From Myxococcota bacterium (GTDB taxonomy: Bacteria > Myxococcota_A > Polyangia > Nannocystales > Nannocystaceae), in assembly GCA_039028615.1 (NCBI GenBank), contig JBCCHT010000027.1, positions 96,001 through 160,000 of the forward strand: a DNA stretch of 64,000 nt. Reading direction: 5' to 3'. The translations under genes and the position numbers were made by a program. The notes under the pieces were generated by a model, which saw only the letters and a list, made by a program, of their open reading frames with translations, was not told where the DNA came from and made no database searches. Positions 41,629 through 52,650 of this stretch are shown here, in pieces. Position 1 is the stretch's first letter. Each line of letters opens with the position of its first letter.

Positions 41629-41655
41629 GGGTCGGGTCGCGCGACGACCCGGCCC
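41629..41655 (+). terminator. Putative terminator hairpin after peroxiredoxin
   Basis: GGGTCGGGTCG...CGACCCGGCCC stem (one G.U); no U tract. Confidence 0.4.
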
Positions 41656-41770
41656 GCGGCCTCCAACCCCCAGCCCATTCGCGACTAATCTCTCGTCGCC
41701 CGACCGCTTTTGTCGCAGTCGCTGGCAGCGACCCCACGATCGCGGTAGTACCATTGTCCAAGCGCTCGTC

Positions 41771-42007
41771 ATGAGGAGCACCGCGGAAGTCGTAAAAATT
41801 CGTGAAGCGTTCGCGTGGATCGAAAACCAACGTGATTCGACCGATGCGCCGATGATGGCGCTGCGTTCGGTAACCCGCGACGGCAAGCCGGTCCTGCTCG
41901 ACGCGGCCGAGACTCGCCTGCTCGCGCAGCGCCTCGACAAGCTCGCCGACGTGCTCGAGAGCCTCTCCGAAGAGCAAAAAGGTCGCGTCCCGCCCGGCGA
42001 GGGCTGA
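41771..42007 (+). CDS. Small hypothetical protein
   Basis: 78-aa ORF filling the gap, plausible beta-beta-helix composition. Confidence 0.55.
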   Translation: MRSTAEVVKIREAFAWIENQRDSTDAPMMALRSVTRDGKPVLLDAAETRLLAQRLDKLADVLESLSEEQKGRVPPGEG

Positions 42008-42109
42008 GCGCTCACGGCCCCGGCGGCCAGCCGAGACAGCGGTCTTTGCGCCAGGGACGACGGCAAGCTCGTGACACCCGAGCGGGCCGCGGCTACAGTC
42101 CCCGACGCC

Positions 42110-43432
<1,323 letters not shown>

Positions 43433-43439
43433 CGAGACC

Positions 43440-43844
43440 GTGCTGCGCTGCGATGCCCAGTCCCCCACCGGACCCGGGCAGCGCACGCGCCCACGCAGCG
43501 ACGAGACCGACGACGGCACAGGGCCCGATGCCCTGTGCTGTTCCAATTGTGGCGCCGTCGTCACTCGCGAGCGCGCGCGCATCGAGATCGCGGGCGACCA
43601 CGCCCACACCTTCGTGAACCCGGCCGGGCTCGTTTTCGAGATCGGGTGTTTCCGATCGGCGCCAGGGTGCGAGGGGGTGGGAGCGAGAGAAGCGTTCTTC
43701 TCGTGGTTCCCGGGGTACGCGTGGCGGATCGAGCTGTGCCGAGGCTGCGGGAGCCACTTGGGGTGGAGCTACGGCGACCGCCCCGACTTCTACGGGCTCG
43801 TGCTCACCCGGCTCGTCGCCGGTGATGGCGACCACGGCGACTAA
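43440..43844 (+). CDS. Cereblon-like (CULT domain) protein
   Basis: CSNC, HTFVNPAG..F.IGCF, FSWFPGYAW, CRGC.SHLGW, FYGL. Confidence 0.9.
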   Translation: MLRCDAQSPTGPGQRTRPRSDETDDGTGPDALCCSNCGAVVTRERARIEIAGDHAHTFVNPAGLVFEIGCFRSAPGCEGVGAREAFFSWFPGYAWRIELCRGCGSHLGWSYGDRPDFYGLVLTRLVAGDGDHGD

Positions 43845-43940
43845 CGTTTCGGTCGGGATCCTCACGGCTTTCGGCGCGCCCGTAGGCTCGTCCCGGGTTC
43901 GGTCGGGAGTATCGTTGTGGGCCCGTTTACGGCCGAATCC

Positions 43941-45098
43941 ATGCGTGCATCCACCGCCCAGCCCGCCACGCGGCGACGTCTCGATCGCATCGTCGGCGTC
44001 TACGAAGGGGCCCGCCCCGGCAAGACGGTCATCGCGATCGGGGGCATGCACGGCAACGAACCGGCGGGCATCGAGGCCATTCGTTCCGTCTTGGGACAAC
44101 TGCGGGAACGCGGCACCGACGTGGCGGGCAAGCTGGTGGGCGTCGCCGGAAACCTGCAGGCCCTGCAAGCCGACCAGCGCTTTTTGACGCGCGACCTCAA
44201 CCGCGGCTGGACCGTCCGCGACTGCGAGCGCCTGGCCACACCGAGCGCCGCCGACACCCCCGAAGACCTCGAGCAACGCCAGCTGCTCGAAGTGTTCGGG
44301 CCGCTCGAGGCCGAGTCCGACGAGCCTCTGGTCTTCGTCGACCTGCACAGCACCTCGGGACCGGCCGCGCCCTTTTCGATCATCCCCGACGTCGAGCGCA
44401 ACCGTCGGCTCGCCTTGTCGCTGCCCATTCCCACCGTGCTCGGTCTCGAGGAGATCCTCGAAGGGGCGATGTTCGGCTACCTCTGCGACCGCGGCCACAT
44501 GGGCCTGGCCGTCGAGGGCGGACAGCACCGCGATCCCGAGACCGCCGCCCGACTCGAAGCCGTCGTGTGGTTGACCATGCTCGCCGCGGGCACCATCACC
44601 GCCCACGACGTGCCCGACCTACGGGGCCAACGAAAGTGTCTGCGGGATGCCACCGCCGGACTCCCCACCGCCGTCCGGGTGCGACACCGCCACGGCCTCG
44701 ACGACGAGCAGTCGTTCGAGATGGTGCCCGGCTTCGACAACTTCTCCCCCGTGCGTCGCGGCGAGCGACTCGCCCAAGACGAAGACGGACCCGTGCACGC
44801 CGACTTCGACGGGCTGGTCATGCTTCCCCGCTACCAGGGCCAGGGCAACGACGGGTTCTTCCTCGCCAGCCGAGTCACGCGACGCTGGCTGACGCTGTCG
44901 GCCGCGGCTCGCCGCGGGAAGATGGAGCGCTGGCTCGCGCTGTGGCCCGGCCTCGCGCGCGTGCCGTCCGAGCCCAACCGGCTCCGGTATCGAGGCACCG
45001 AGCCGCCGCCGCTCATGCTCCAGACCCTGCGCCTGCTCGGCTTCCACGGCATGAGGGCCAAGGCCGCCGGCCTCGAGTTCTTCCGCCGTCGTCCCTGA
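43941..45098 (+). CDS. Succinylglutamate desuccinylase/aspartoacylase (M14-like) family hydrolase
   Basis: GGMHGNEPAG, DLNR, VDLHSTS, EGGQH. Confidence 0.88.
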   Translation: MRASTAQPATRRRLDRIVGVYEGARPGKTVIAIGGMHGNEPAGIEAIRSVLGQLRERGTDVAGKLVGVAGNLQALQADQRFLTRDLNRGWTVRDCERLATPSAADTPEDLEQRQLLEVFGPLEAESDEPLVFVDLHSTSGPAAPFSIIPDVERNRRLALSLPIPTVLGLEEILEGAMFGYLCDRGHMGLAVEGGQHRDPETAARLEAVVWLTMLAAGTITAHDVPDLRGQRKCLRDATAGLPTAVRVRHRHGLDDEQSFEMVPGFDNFSPVRRGERLAQDEDGPVHADFDGLVMLPRYQGQGNDGFFLASRVTRRWLTLSAAARRGKMERWLALWPGLARVPSEPNRLRYRGTEPPPLMLQTLRLLGFHGMRAKAAGLEFFRRRP

Positions 45099-45161
45099 AA
45101 TTCCCCGACGTCCTCCTGGACAACTCAATCCGGCCTGCTACGTTTGTCGGCTCGTGCGGTC

Positions 45162-45593
45162 ATGGCCGATCAACTTCCCATCGCCGACGGGGTGTGCATC
45201 CCCGCGTCGGACCTCGAGTGGTCGGCCGCGCGTGCGGGTGGCCCCGGTGGGCAGAACGTAAACAAGGTCGCCACCAAGGTCGATCTTCGCTTCGATCTGC
45301 CCGGCACCCGGGCGCTCAGCGAAGCGGTCAAGGCCCGCCTGCGCGGTCTCGTTGCCAATCGGCTCGATGCCACCGGTCGCGTGGTCATCACCAGCCAGGC
45401 CGGTCGCTCGCAGGCCGACAACCTCGAGGATGCGCGTCGCAAGCTCGCCGCGCTCATCGAGCGCGCGCTGCATCCACCCAAGCGTCGTCGGGCCACCAAG
45501 CCCACCGCCGGGTCCAAGCGGCGGCGGCTCGAAGCCAAGCGTCAGCGTAGCGACACCAAGAACGGGCGCGCCCGCGTCCGAAATCACGACTGA
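45162..45593 (+). CDS. arfB: Alternative ribosome rescue peptidyl-tRNA hydrolase
   Basis: GPGGQNVNKV, RSQADN, basic tail RRATKPT...RRLEAK. Confidence 0.93.
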   Translation: MADQLPIADGVCIPASDLEWSAARAGGPGGQNVNKVATKVDLRFDLPGTRALSEAVKARLRGLVANRLDATGRVVITSQAGRSQADNLEDARRKLAALIERALHPPKRRRATKPTAGSKRRRLEAKRQRSDTKNGRARVRNHD

Positions 45594-45654
45594 GGTCGGC
45601 GGGGGCTGGTGACCCCGAGGTCGCTCGGCGACCGTTGCTAGGCTGGACCCCGCG

Positions 45655-48585
45655 ATGGGGGACCCGACCCAGCGGCGCCATGCGACCCGACCGCTCGAGG
45701 ATCCCCGAGCGAACGCCAGCGCCTCCGGGTCCCGGGCGATTCCCAGCCGGGTCGGTCGCTTCGTCGTGCTCGAAGCCGCGGGCGAAGGCGGCATGGGGCA
45801 GGTCCTCGCCGCGTACGATCCCGTGCTCGATAGGCGGGTCGCTCTCAAGCGTGTGCTCGCGCGGCAGGCCACCGCCGTCGCCCGAGCGCGCCTGCACCGA
45901 GAGGCGCGCGCGATGGCCCAGCTGTCGCATCCCGGGGTCGTCGCGGTCCACGACGTACTCGAGGTCGATGGTGATCTGTACGTGGCGATGGACTACGTCG
46001 AAGGGCGAACCCTGCGGGCGTGGCTCGCTCAGCGCCCGCGCCCCTGGTCCGAGCTGTTGCCCCTACTCGTCGCCGCCGGTCGGGGCCTCGCCGCCGCCCA
46101 CGACCAAGGCTTGGTGCATCGCGACTTCAAGCCGGACAACGTGCTCGTCGACGAGCAGCAGCGGGTTCGGGTCACCGACTTCGGGCTCGCCACCACCGTC
46201 GCCGACGAGCACGACGAGACACCGCGCGGTCCATCACCCGCCGAGGCCCTGGGCTCGATCACGCGTACGGGCGCGCTGCTCGGCACGCCTCGCTACATGG
46301 CCCCCGAGCTTCTGCGGGGCGAGCCGGCCGATCCCCGCTCCGATCAATTCGCGTTCTGCGTGACGCTGTACGAAGCGCTGTATGCCTGCGATCCCTTCGA
46401 TGGCGAAGCAACGGCCAGCGACCGTCCCACGCCCGCCCCTCGGGCCGGGGCCGCTCCCGAGTGGCTGGCCTCGGCCGTCCTGCGGGGGCTCGCGCTGGAG
46501 CCTCGGGATCGCTGGCCATCGATGGCCGACCTGCTCGCCGAGCTCGAGCGACCCCGTACCCGAGGACGACGCTTCATCGCCGCCTCGGCGCTGGTCGGCG
46601 CCACGTTGACCGGATGGTGGGCCCTGAGCGACCGCGAGTCCTGCGAAGGCGCCGAGCAAGCCCTGTCCCAGCACTGGAACGATCAACGACGCGCCACCCT
46701 TCGCGACGCCATGCTCGACACCGAGTTGCCGCTGGCATCCGAGTCCTGGTCGAGGGTGGAACGAGAACTCGACGACTGGGCACAGCGATGGCGAGCGGGC
46801 TACACCGCGGCCTGCGAATCCCATCGGCGATCCGAACAATCAGATGGCCTCTTCGATCGCCGGGTCGCCTGCCTGCACCAGCAGCGCTGGGCCCTGGCCG
46901 CCGCCACCCGCGTGCTCGAGGCCCCGGATGCCCGCGTCGTGCAGCGAGCGGCCCGAGCCGGAGGCGAGCTTCCTCCGCCCGAAGCGTGCGCGCGCGTCGA
47001 AGTGCTGCTGTCGGGCGCGGCCGTGCCCGAAGATCCCGAAGTCGCCCGAGCGACCCACGCCCTGCGCGAGCGCTTCATCGAGGCCCGCACGCGGGCGGAC
47101 TTTCGCGGACACCACGACGAAGCGGTCGCCGCCTACGACGAGCTGATCGCCGCGCTCGATACAGAAGCCCTGCAGGCGACCTCGCTGCACGCCGAGCTGC
47201 TGCATGCCCGGGGCAACGCCCGCTCGGGCACCAACGCGGTCGAAGCCGCCAAGGCCGATCTACTGGCGGCCTACACCGCCGCCGAGCGGGTCGACGACGA
47301 GGTCCTCAAGGCCCGAGCCGCCTCCACTCTGGTCGACTTGGTGGCGCGCCGTGGCCTCGCCCTCCCCGACGTCGAAGCCTGGGCGCAGCTCGCCGAGGTC
47401 ATCGTGCAGCGAGCCGAGCCCGAGGGGCGGACCCACGGCACCGTGATGTCCGTCCTCGCCAAGCTGCGGCTGCACCAAGGTCGCTACGACGACGCCATCG
47501 CCCTGGCTCGTCGCGCCCACACCCTGCTCGCGGCCAGCTACGGTCGCGAGCACGCGCGCGTCGTGGTGCCGCTGACCACCGAAGCCACCGCGCAGGCGGG
47601 CCTCGGCGACCTCGATCGCGCCCTGGCCCTGCACCGACGCGCCGCAGAGCAGCTCGCGGTCGCCCTCGGCCCTTCTCACCCCGAAGTCGCTGCCGCCGAG
47701 TTCAACCTCGGTAGCTTGGAGCTCGAGACCGGCCACCCCGAAGCCGCCATCGCCCGCTTCGAGCGAGCCCTGAGTCGATGGCGTGAGGTCTTGGGCGAAG
47801 ACCACACTCGCGTCGCGGGGGCGCTGTTCGGGCTCGGCTCCGTCTACGACGCCCAAGGCCGGCTCGACGACGCCAAGCGCCACTACGAGCAGGCCAGGGC
47901 CATCTGGGAGGCTCAGCCCGCGATCGAAAAGGGCAACCTCTCCGTCGTCTACAACAACCTCGCATCGCTCGAGGCTCGGCACGGTCGCTTCGAGCAGGCC
48001 TTGCCGCTATTCGAACGTTCGGCTGCCCTCGAGCAGGAGTTCCGTGGGCGCGAGCATCCGGCCTACGCCGAAGCACTCGGCTCCTTGGCGGCCATCCACC
48101 TCGACCTCGGACACCTGCCGCAAGCGGAGGCCCATGCCCGCGAGGCGATCGCGTTGCTGCGCAAGACGGTGGGCTCCGATCACCCGCGGCTCGTGTCCAT
48201 GCTCGCCAACCTCGCTCAGGCCCAGTCTGCACGTGGGGCGCACGTCGAGGCCCAGGCCAACGTCGAAGAGGCCATGGCTCTGGCCGAAGACGAGCCACGA
48301 CACCTCGATCTGTGGGGGCGCCTCGCCTCTTTGCGGCTGGACCAAGGAGACCCAGCCGGGGCCCGCGAGGCCCTCACTCAGCTCCAACAGCGCCTGCGTA
48401 GCGCCGACGTCGAGCTGCCCGCGGCCGAGCAGGCTCGCGTGCTCTTCGTGCAGGCTCGGCTCGCCGAAGATCCCAAGGCCGGCCGCGCCCTGGCCCAGCA
48501 AGCCCTCGATCGGCTGAGCGCCGACGACTCGGCCCCCACCGCCGCCCAAGACGAAATCCGAGCCTGGATGGCGGAGACCTTCTGA
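45655..48585 (+). CDS. Ser/Thr protein kinase with TM and TPR repeats
   Basis: GEGGMG, VALK, HRDFKPDN, DFG, GTPRYMAPE; TPR array. Confidence 0.93.
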   Translation: MGDPTQRRHATRPLEDPRANASASGSRAIPSRVGRFVVLEAAGEGGMGQVLAAYDPVLDRRVALKRVLARQATAVARARLHREARAMAQLSHPGVVAVHDVLEVDGDLYVAMDYVEGRTLRAWLAQRPRPWSELLPLLVAAGRGLAAAHDQGLVHRDFKPDNVLVDEQQRVRVTDFGLATTVADEHDETPRGPSPAEALGSITRTGALLGTPRYMAPELLRGEPADPRSDQFAFCVTLYEALYACDPFDGEATASDRPTPAPRAGAAPEWLASAVLRGLALEPRDRWPSMADLLAELERPRTRGRRFIAASALVGATLTGWWALSDRESCEGAEQALSQHWNDQRRATLRDAMLDTELPLASESWSRVERELDDWAQRWRAGYTAACESHRRSEQSDGLFDRRVACLHQQRWALAAATRVLEAPDARVVQRAARAGGELPPPEACARVEVLLSGAAVPEDPEVARATHALRERFIEARTRADFRGHHDEAVAAYDELIAALDTEALQATSLHAELLHARGNARSGTNAVEAAKADLLAAYTAAERVDDEVLKARAASTLVDLVARRGLALPDVEAWAQLAEVIVQRAEPEGRTHGTVMSVLAKLRLHQGRYDDAIALARRAHTLLAASYGREHARVVVPLTTEATAQAGLGDLDRALALHRRAAEQLAVALGPSHPEVAAAEFNLGSLELETGHPEAAIARFERALSRWREVLGEDHTRVAGALFGLGSVYDAQGRLDDAKRHYEQARAIWEAQPAIEKGNLSVVYNNLASLEARHGRFEQALPLFERSAALEQEFRGREHPAYAEALGSLAAIHLDLGHLPQAEAHAREAIALLRKTVGSDHPRLVSMLANLAQAQSARGAHVEAQANVEEAMALAEDEPRHLDLWGRLASLRLDQGDPAGAREALTQLQQRLRSADVELPAAEQARVLFVQARLAEDPKAGRALAQQALDRLSADDSAPTAAQDEIRAWMAETF

Positions 48586-48589
48586 TAGC

Positions 48590-49960
48590 GTGCCTTCGAC
48601 GATGGGCTCTCGATCCTCCGCTCCGCCGCCCGCCACCCGCCAGCTCGGTGAGCACGAACAGCTCCACCAGCGCTTGGGGCGAGGCCTCGTGCGGGTGCTC
48701 AGCGGGCCCGATCGCGGTGCCGAGGCCGAGTTCCGCGGTCGCCGGCTCACCGGAGGCCGAGCTTCCGTCAACGATCTGCGCCTTCGCGACGATGCGGTCA
48801 GCGGCGCGCACTTCGAGTTGGTACTGGGCGATCGCGGCGTCTGCCTGCGCGACCTCGGCAGCACCAACGGCACCTTCGTCGGCAACGCGCGACTCGGCGA
48901 GGCCTGGATCGAAGCCGGCGGCATCTTTCGTGTGGGCACCACCGAGATTCAGCTGGTCGCGGCCGAGCCCATCGACGTCGCGCTCTCCCCGGACGACCGC
49001 TTCGAAGACCTGCTCGGTCGCAGCCCGATCATGCGCGAGCTGTTCGCCCTGCTGTCGCGGATCGCCCCCACCCCCATGGACGTGTTGATCGGCGGCGAGA
49101 CCGGGACCGGCAAGGAGCTCGTCGCCCGTGCCCTGCATGCGCGCTCCGAACGAAGCGAAGGCCCGTGGGTCGTGCTCGACTGCGCCTCGCTGCCCCGCGA
49201 GCTGGCCGAAGCCGCAATCTTGGGGCATCGGCGCGGCAGCTTCACCGGAGCCATCGAGGACCGCGCCGGGTGCTTCGAGCGGGCCGACGGCGGCACCGTC
49301 TTTCTCGACGAAGTCGGCGAGCTGTCGCTCGAACTCCAGCCCAAGCTCCTGCGCGTGCTCGAGCAACGCCAGGTCCTCCGCATCGGGCACGACCAGCCCC
49401 GCTCGGTGGACGTGCGGGTCATCGCCGCCACCCACCGCGACCTACGGAAGATGGTCGCCGACGGGGAGTTCCGCGAAGACCTCTATTTCCGGCTCGCCGA
49501 CGTCACCGTGGAGCTGCCCCCGCTGCGCAACCGCGGGGACGATCCCGTGATGCTCGCCGAGCGCTTCATCGCCGAGCTCGCGGGTGACCGCGAGCTTCCG
49601 CTGTCGAGCGGGGCCAAGGCCGCCCTGCGCAGCGAAGCCTGGCCCGGCAACGTACGCGAGCTTCGCCGAGCCATCCGCCGTGCCGTGTTCCTCGCTCCCG
49701 GTCCGCAGATCGAGCGCAGCGACCTCTCGCCTGGCTTGCACGGCCCGCACGCCCAAGATCGAGGAGGCGCCGCCGACGAGCTGTTCGCCCTGCCCTTCCG
49801 CGAGGCCCGACAGGACTTCGAGCTGCGCTACTTCCGAGCGCTGCTCGCCCAGACCGACGGCAACCTCAGCGAAGCCGCCCGCCGCAGCGGATACTCGCGA
49901 CAAGGCCTGCGGGAGCTGTTGCGACGCCTGGGGCTGTACGAAGACCACGAAGACGCATGA
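48590..49960 (+). CDS. FHA-domain sigma54-dependent activator (EBP)
   Basis: FHA VSGAH...DLGSTNGT; GETGTGKE; GSFTGA; FLDEVGE; WPGNVREL; Fis-type HTH. Confidence 0.93.
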   Translation: MPSTMGSRSSAPPPATRQLGEHEQLHQRLGRGLVRVLSGPDRGAEAEFRGRRLTGGRASVNDLRLRDDAVSGAHFELVLGDRGVCLRDLGSTNGTFVGNARLGEAWIEAGGIFRVGTTEIQLVAAEPIDVALSPDDRFEDLLGRSPIMRELFALLSRIAPTPMDVLIGGETGTGKELVARALHARSERSEGPWVVLDCASLPRELAEAAILGHRRGSFTGAIEDRAGCFERADGGTVFLDEVGELSLELQPKLLRVLEQRQVLRIGHDQPRSVDVRVIAATHRDLRKMVADGEFREDLYFRLADVTVELPPLRNRGDDPVMLAERFIAELAGDRELPLSSGAKAALRSEAWPGNVRELRRAIRRAVFLAPGPQIERSDLSPGLHGPHAQDRGGAADELFALPFREARQDFELRYFRALLAQTDGNLSEAARRSGYSRQGLRELLRRLGLYEDHEDA

Positions 49961-50011
49961 GCCGCGGCCCGGGCGAGTGAGCCCGAGCCGCGACCGGATA
50001 CCCGCCGCCGC

Positions 50012-51271
50012 TCAGCAGCTGACGTTGTCGAAGTACGAGCTCTGGTTGTCCGGGTTGGTGACCACGTTGCACAGCACGTTGTAGCTGGCGGGCCGAATGC
50101 GATGGAAGAAGTGGTTGCCGCCCAGCGCTCCGCGAATCACTCCGAGCACCGTGCGCTCGCCCGTCGCCGCGTTCCATTTGTACAGCGGGCCGCCGCTCTG
50201 CCCGCCGCTACCGTCATGACACGACAGCAACGCGTCCGTGAAGCACTGCTGGACCGGCGCGTTCTCGGTGAACGCATAGCCGCCGCACTTGTCCCCGTCC
50301 TCGGGCCACGCATCCGCACAGTCGTTGTTCGGGCCCGGATAGCCACGAACGTTGACGTTGTCCCCCACGATGTCCGTGCAGGACTCGGTGGCGAACGAAG
50401 CCGGCGTAGGATCCCACTGCACCGGGCCCGTCGCATCGGGGGCCAGATCGCCGATGACCAGCAGTGCATAGTCGAAGCGCGCCGTCGTGGGCCCCGAACC
50501 GCTCCCGCCGTCCCACGGCACCGGCTTGATGTAGCGGATGATCTGCCGCGCGCCGAAGGGCGTGTCGTCGGAGTCCAGGATCGTGTCGTCCCCCGAGAAG
50601 GTCTTGCCGCGCACCGCCGGCATCACCACCTGGGGCAAGTTCGTCGACCAGTTCCCGTTGCCGTCGGTGACACAGTGCGCCGCCGTCAGGAACACCCGCG
50701 GAGAGATCATCGACGCCGAGCAAATGCCCCCGGTGGACGTTGCCGTGTTCGCCAAGCGCACCGTCACTTCCTGCTCGGACGCGCTGGTCACGATCGTACG
50801 GTCATCGGGCGTGCCCACCGATTGGCGAAAGCCCTGCTCCTTTGCCTCGCGGTCCGTATCCACCCCCAAGTCGAAGCCCGGGCGCGGCTCGCCCTCGATG
50901 TGACTACGTCGGCTCTCGTAGTGAACCGTGGTCCCCACGCGTTGGCGGAAGGTCCGACCGTCACGGGTCAGCACGTCCATGCGATCGTCCTCGGGTTCGG
51001 CCTCGGCCGTGAGCCGGAGCCCTCGCGTCGCCTCATGCCGCCACGCCGCGCTCTCGTCGTCGATGCGACCGGTGTATTCGAAGCGCTCCGGCGACGGCGT
51101 GTACTCCAGCGACTCGGCAATCGCCGCCTCGCGATCCGACTCGACCTGGTTTGGATCCAGAGCGTGAACCTCCTCCGCAACGTCGGAATGATCGCAGCCG
51201 GTCATCGTCGTGCATGCGACGAGAGCGAGTGAAGTGAGCGAGAAAAAAAGGGGGGCTTGGGGGGTCTTCAT
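50012..51271 (-). CDS. Trypsin-like (V8-type) serine protease, exported
   Basis: TAAHC, DYAL, GYP, GQSGGP; N-terminal signal/lipobox. Confidence 0.88.
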   Translation of the reverse strand: MKTPQAPLFFSLTSLALVACTTMTGCDHSDVAEEVHALDPNQVESDREAAIAESLEYTPSPERFEYTGRIDDESAAWRHEATRGLRLTAEAEPEDDRMDVLTRDGRTFRQRVGTTVHYESRRSHIEGEPRPGFDLGVDTDREAKEQGFRQSVGTPDDRTIVTSASEQEVTVRLANTATSTGGICSASMISPRVFLTAAHCVTDGNGNWSTNLPQVVMPAVRGKTFSGDDTILDSDDTPFGARQIIRYIKPVPWDGGSGSGPTTARFDYALLVIGDLAPDATGPVQWDPTPASFATESCTDIVGDNVNVRGYPGPNNDCADAWPEDGDKCGGYAFTENAPVQQCFTDALLSCHDGSGGQSGGPLYKWNAATGERTVLGVIRGALGGNHFFHRIRPASYNVLCNVVTNPDNQSSYFDNVSC

Positions 51272-51334
51272 CGATTCGGTGTCTTCCGTGGTCAGTGGCA
51301 GGACTGGTGTCGTCGTGCCTCGAAGCCCCCATTG

Positions 51335-51350
51335 AGCAAACCTCAGTCCG
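51335..51350 (-). promoter_or_regulatory. Candidate sigma54 -24/-12 promoter for the protease gene
   Basis: Minus strand CGGACTGAGGTTTGCT = GG-N10-GC, 64 bp before ATG; IHF-like TTTCAAACACTTG at 51368-51380. Confidence 0.45.
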
Positions 51351-51536
51351 GCCTTCCGCACTCATGATTTCAAACACTTGGCCGCTGGGCTGCCGCTCCC
51401 CTGCCAAGGCGACACGGACCAGCCCTGGTCCGTCCACTGTCCACCATCCGGCCACATCGACCTGCGACTACTGCCACCGAGGGATGGTTCCGTCGGTTTT
51501 TTTCGCCCGTGCAGCCGCCCCTATATCGTCCGCGAC

Positions 51537-52385
51537 ATGAGACGTGGATCTTGCCTCCTTGTCCCCGTCGTTGGTGCAACGGCGATGTTGGCCTTCACCG
51601 GGACCGCCTTTGGCGCCGAAGACGACCCCGCCACCCCGACGGAACGAGTCGCGGAGCCCGAGACCACCGTGTCCACCCAAGAGGGCACCAAGGTCGCCGG
51701 CACTCAAGTCGAAGGCGAAGCCAGCGTCTCGACCGACGGCGGATTCGCAGCCTCGGGTTCCGGCTCCGGCATGCAGGGCACCTTCGGTGTCGGTGCCATT
51801 CGGACCCTCAGCGGTCTCACCGGCGTCAACTTCCGCTACTTCATGCTCGAGAAGCTCGCCGTCGGCGTCAACGTCGGCGTCGGCACCTTCACCTTCAGCG
51901 AGAACGACCCCGCCTCCACCGACATGTGCCCGGGCGCGGACTGTACGTTCGAGAACACCCGCACCGTCGCCACCCTCGGCATGGGCTTCGAAGGACTCTA
52001 CTTCCTTCACCAGGGCAACCCCGCCGGTCAGCTCCCCTTCCGAGCCGACTTCGCCATCGGCGGCCGCTTCACCTACTTCCAGGTCGTCAACTCCGCCGAC
52101 GTCCCCGACAACCTCGACGACAACACCGAGTTCGACATCGAAATCCCCGCCGTCGTCCAACTCCGCTTCGGCGACCACTTCGTCCTGTCCCCCGAGTTCG
52201 GCGTGAACTTCATCATCGTCCCCGGCAACCGTGAAGAGGGCGATGTGAACCCGGGTACCTTCAAGCCGGACACCACGCTGGCGCCGGGTGATCCGAACGG
52301 ACCGTTGTCTGGACCTGGGTTTGGGTTTCAGATCACGAACGGGGTCGGGATCTTTGGTGGTGCGAGCATGCACTACTACTTCTAG
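51537..52385 (+). CDS. Outer-membrane beta-barrel protein
   Basis: Signal peptide, amphipathic strands, C-terminal HYYF beta-signal. Confidence 0.75.
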   Translation: MRRGSCLLVPVVGATAMLAFTGTAFGAEDDPATPTERVAEPETTVSTQEGTKVAGTQVEGEASVSTDGGFAASGSGSGMQGTFGVGAIRTLSGLTGVNFRYFMLEKLAVGVNVGVGTFTFSENDPASTDMCPGADCTFENTRTVATLGMGFEGLYFLHQGNPAGQLPFRADFAIGGRFTYFQVVNSADVPDNLDDNTEFDIEIPAVVQLRFGDHFVLSPEFGVNFIIVPGNREEGDVNPGTFKPDTTLAPGDPNGPLSGPGFGFQITNGVGIFGGASMHYYF

Positions 52386-52406
52386 CGGCGCGTAGCGCTG
52401 CTAGAA
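52380..52406 (+). terminator. Hairpin overlapping the stop codon
   Basis: TTCTAGCGGCGC-GTA-GCGCTGCTAGAA, 12-bp stem. Confidence 0.5.
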
Positions 52407-52650
52407 CTCGAGATCGCTGGAACTCGGCCACGCTTGCGTGGCCGTTTCCACGAGGTCTCCAAGTATGCGCTCACGCGAGACCCAATCGCTCGCCGCGGCG
52501 CCCTCTTGCAGCTCAACAGAGTCGCGAGGCCGGGAGCAGTAGCGCCATCAAACGCCGGACCGGCCGTCCCCGCCCCCTCTACGTCCTCTGGCCAACCGAA
52601 CTCCAGCTGCGGTGACGGACGCGCTCGGCGTCCGTGAGCACTCCTTTACG

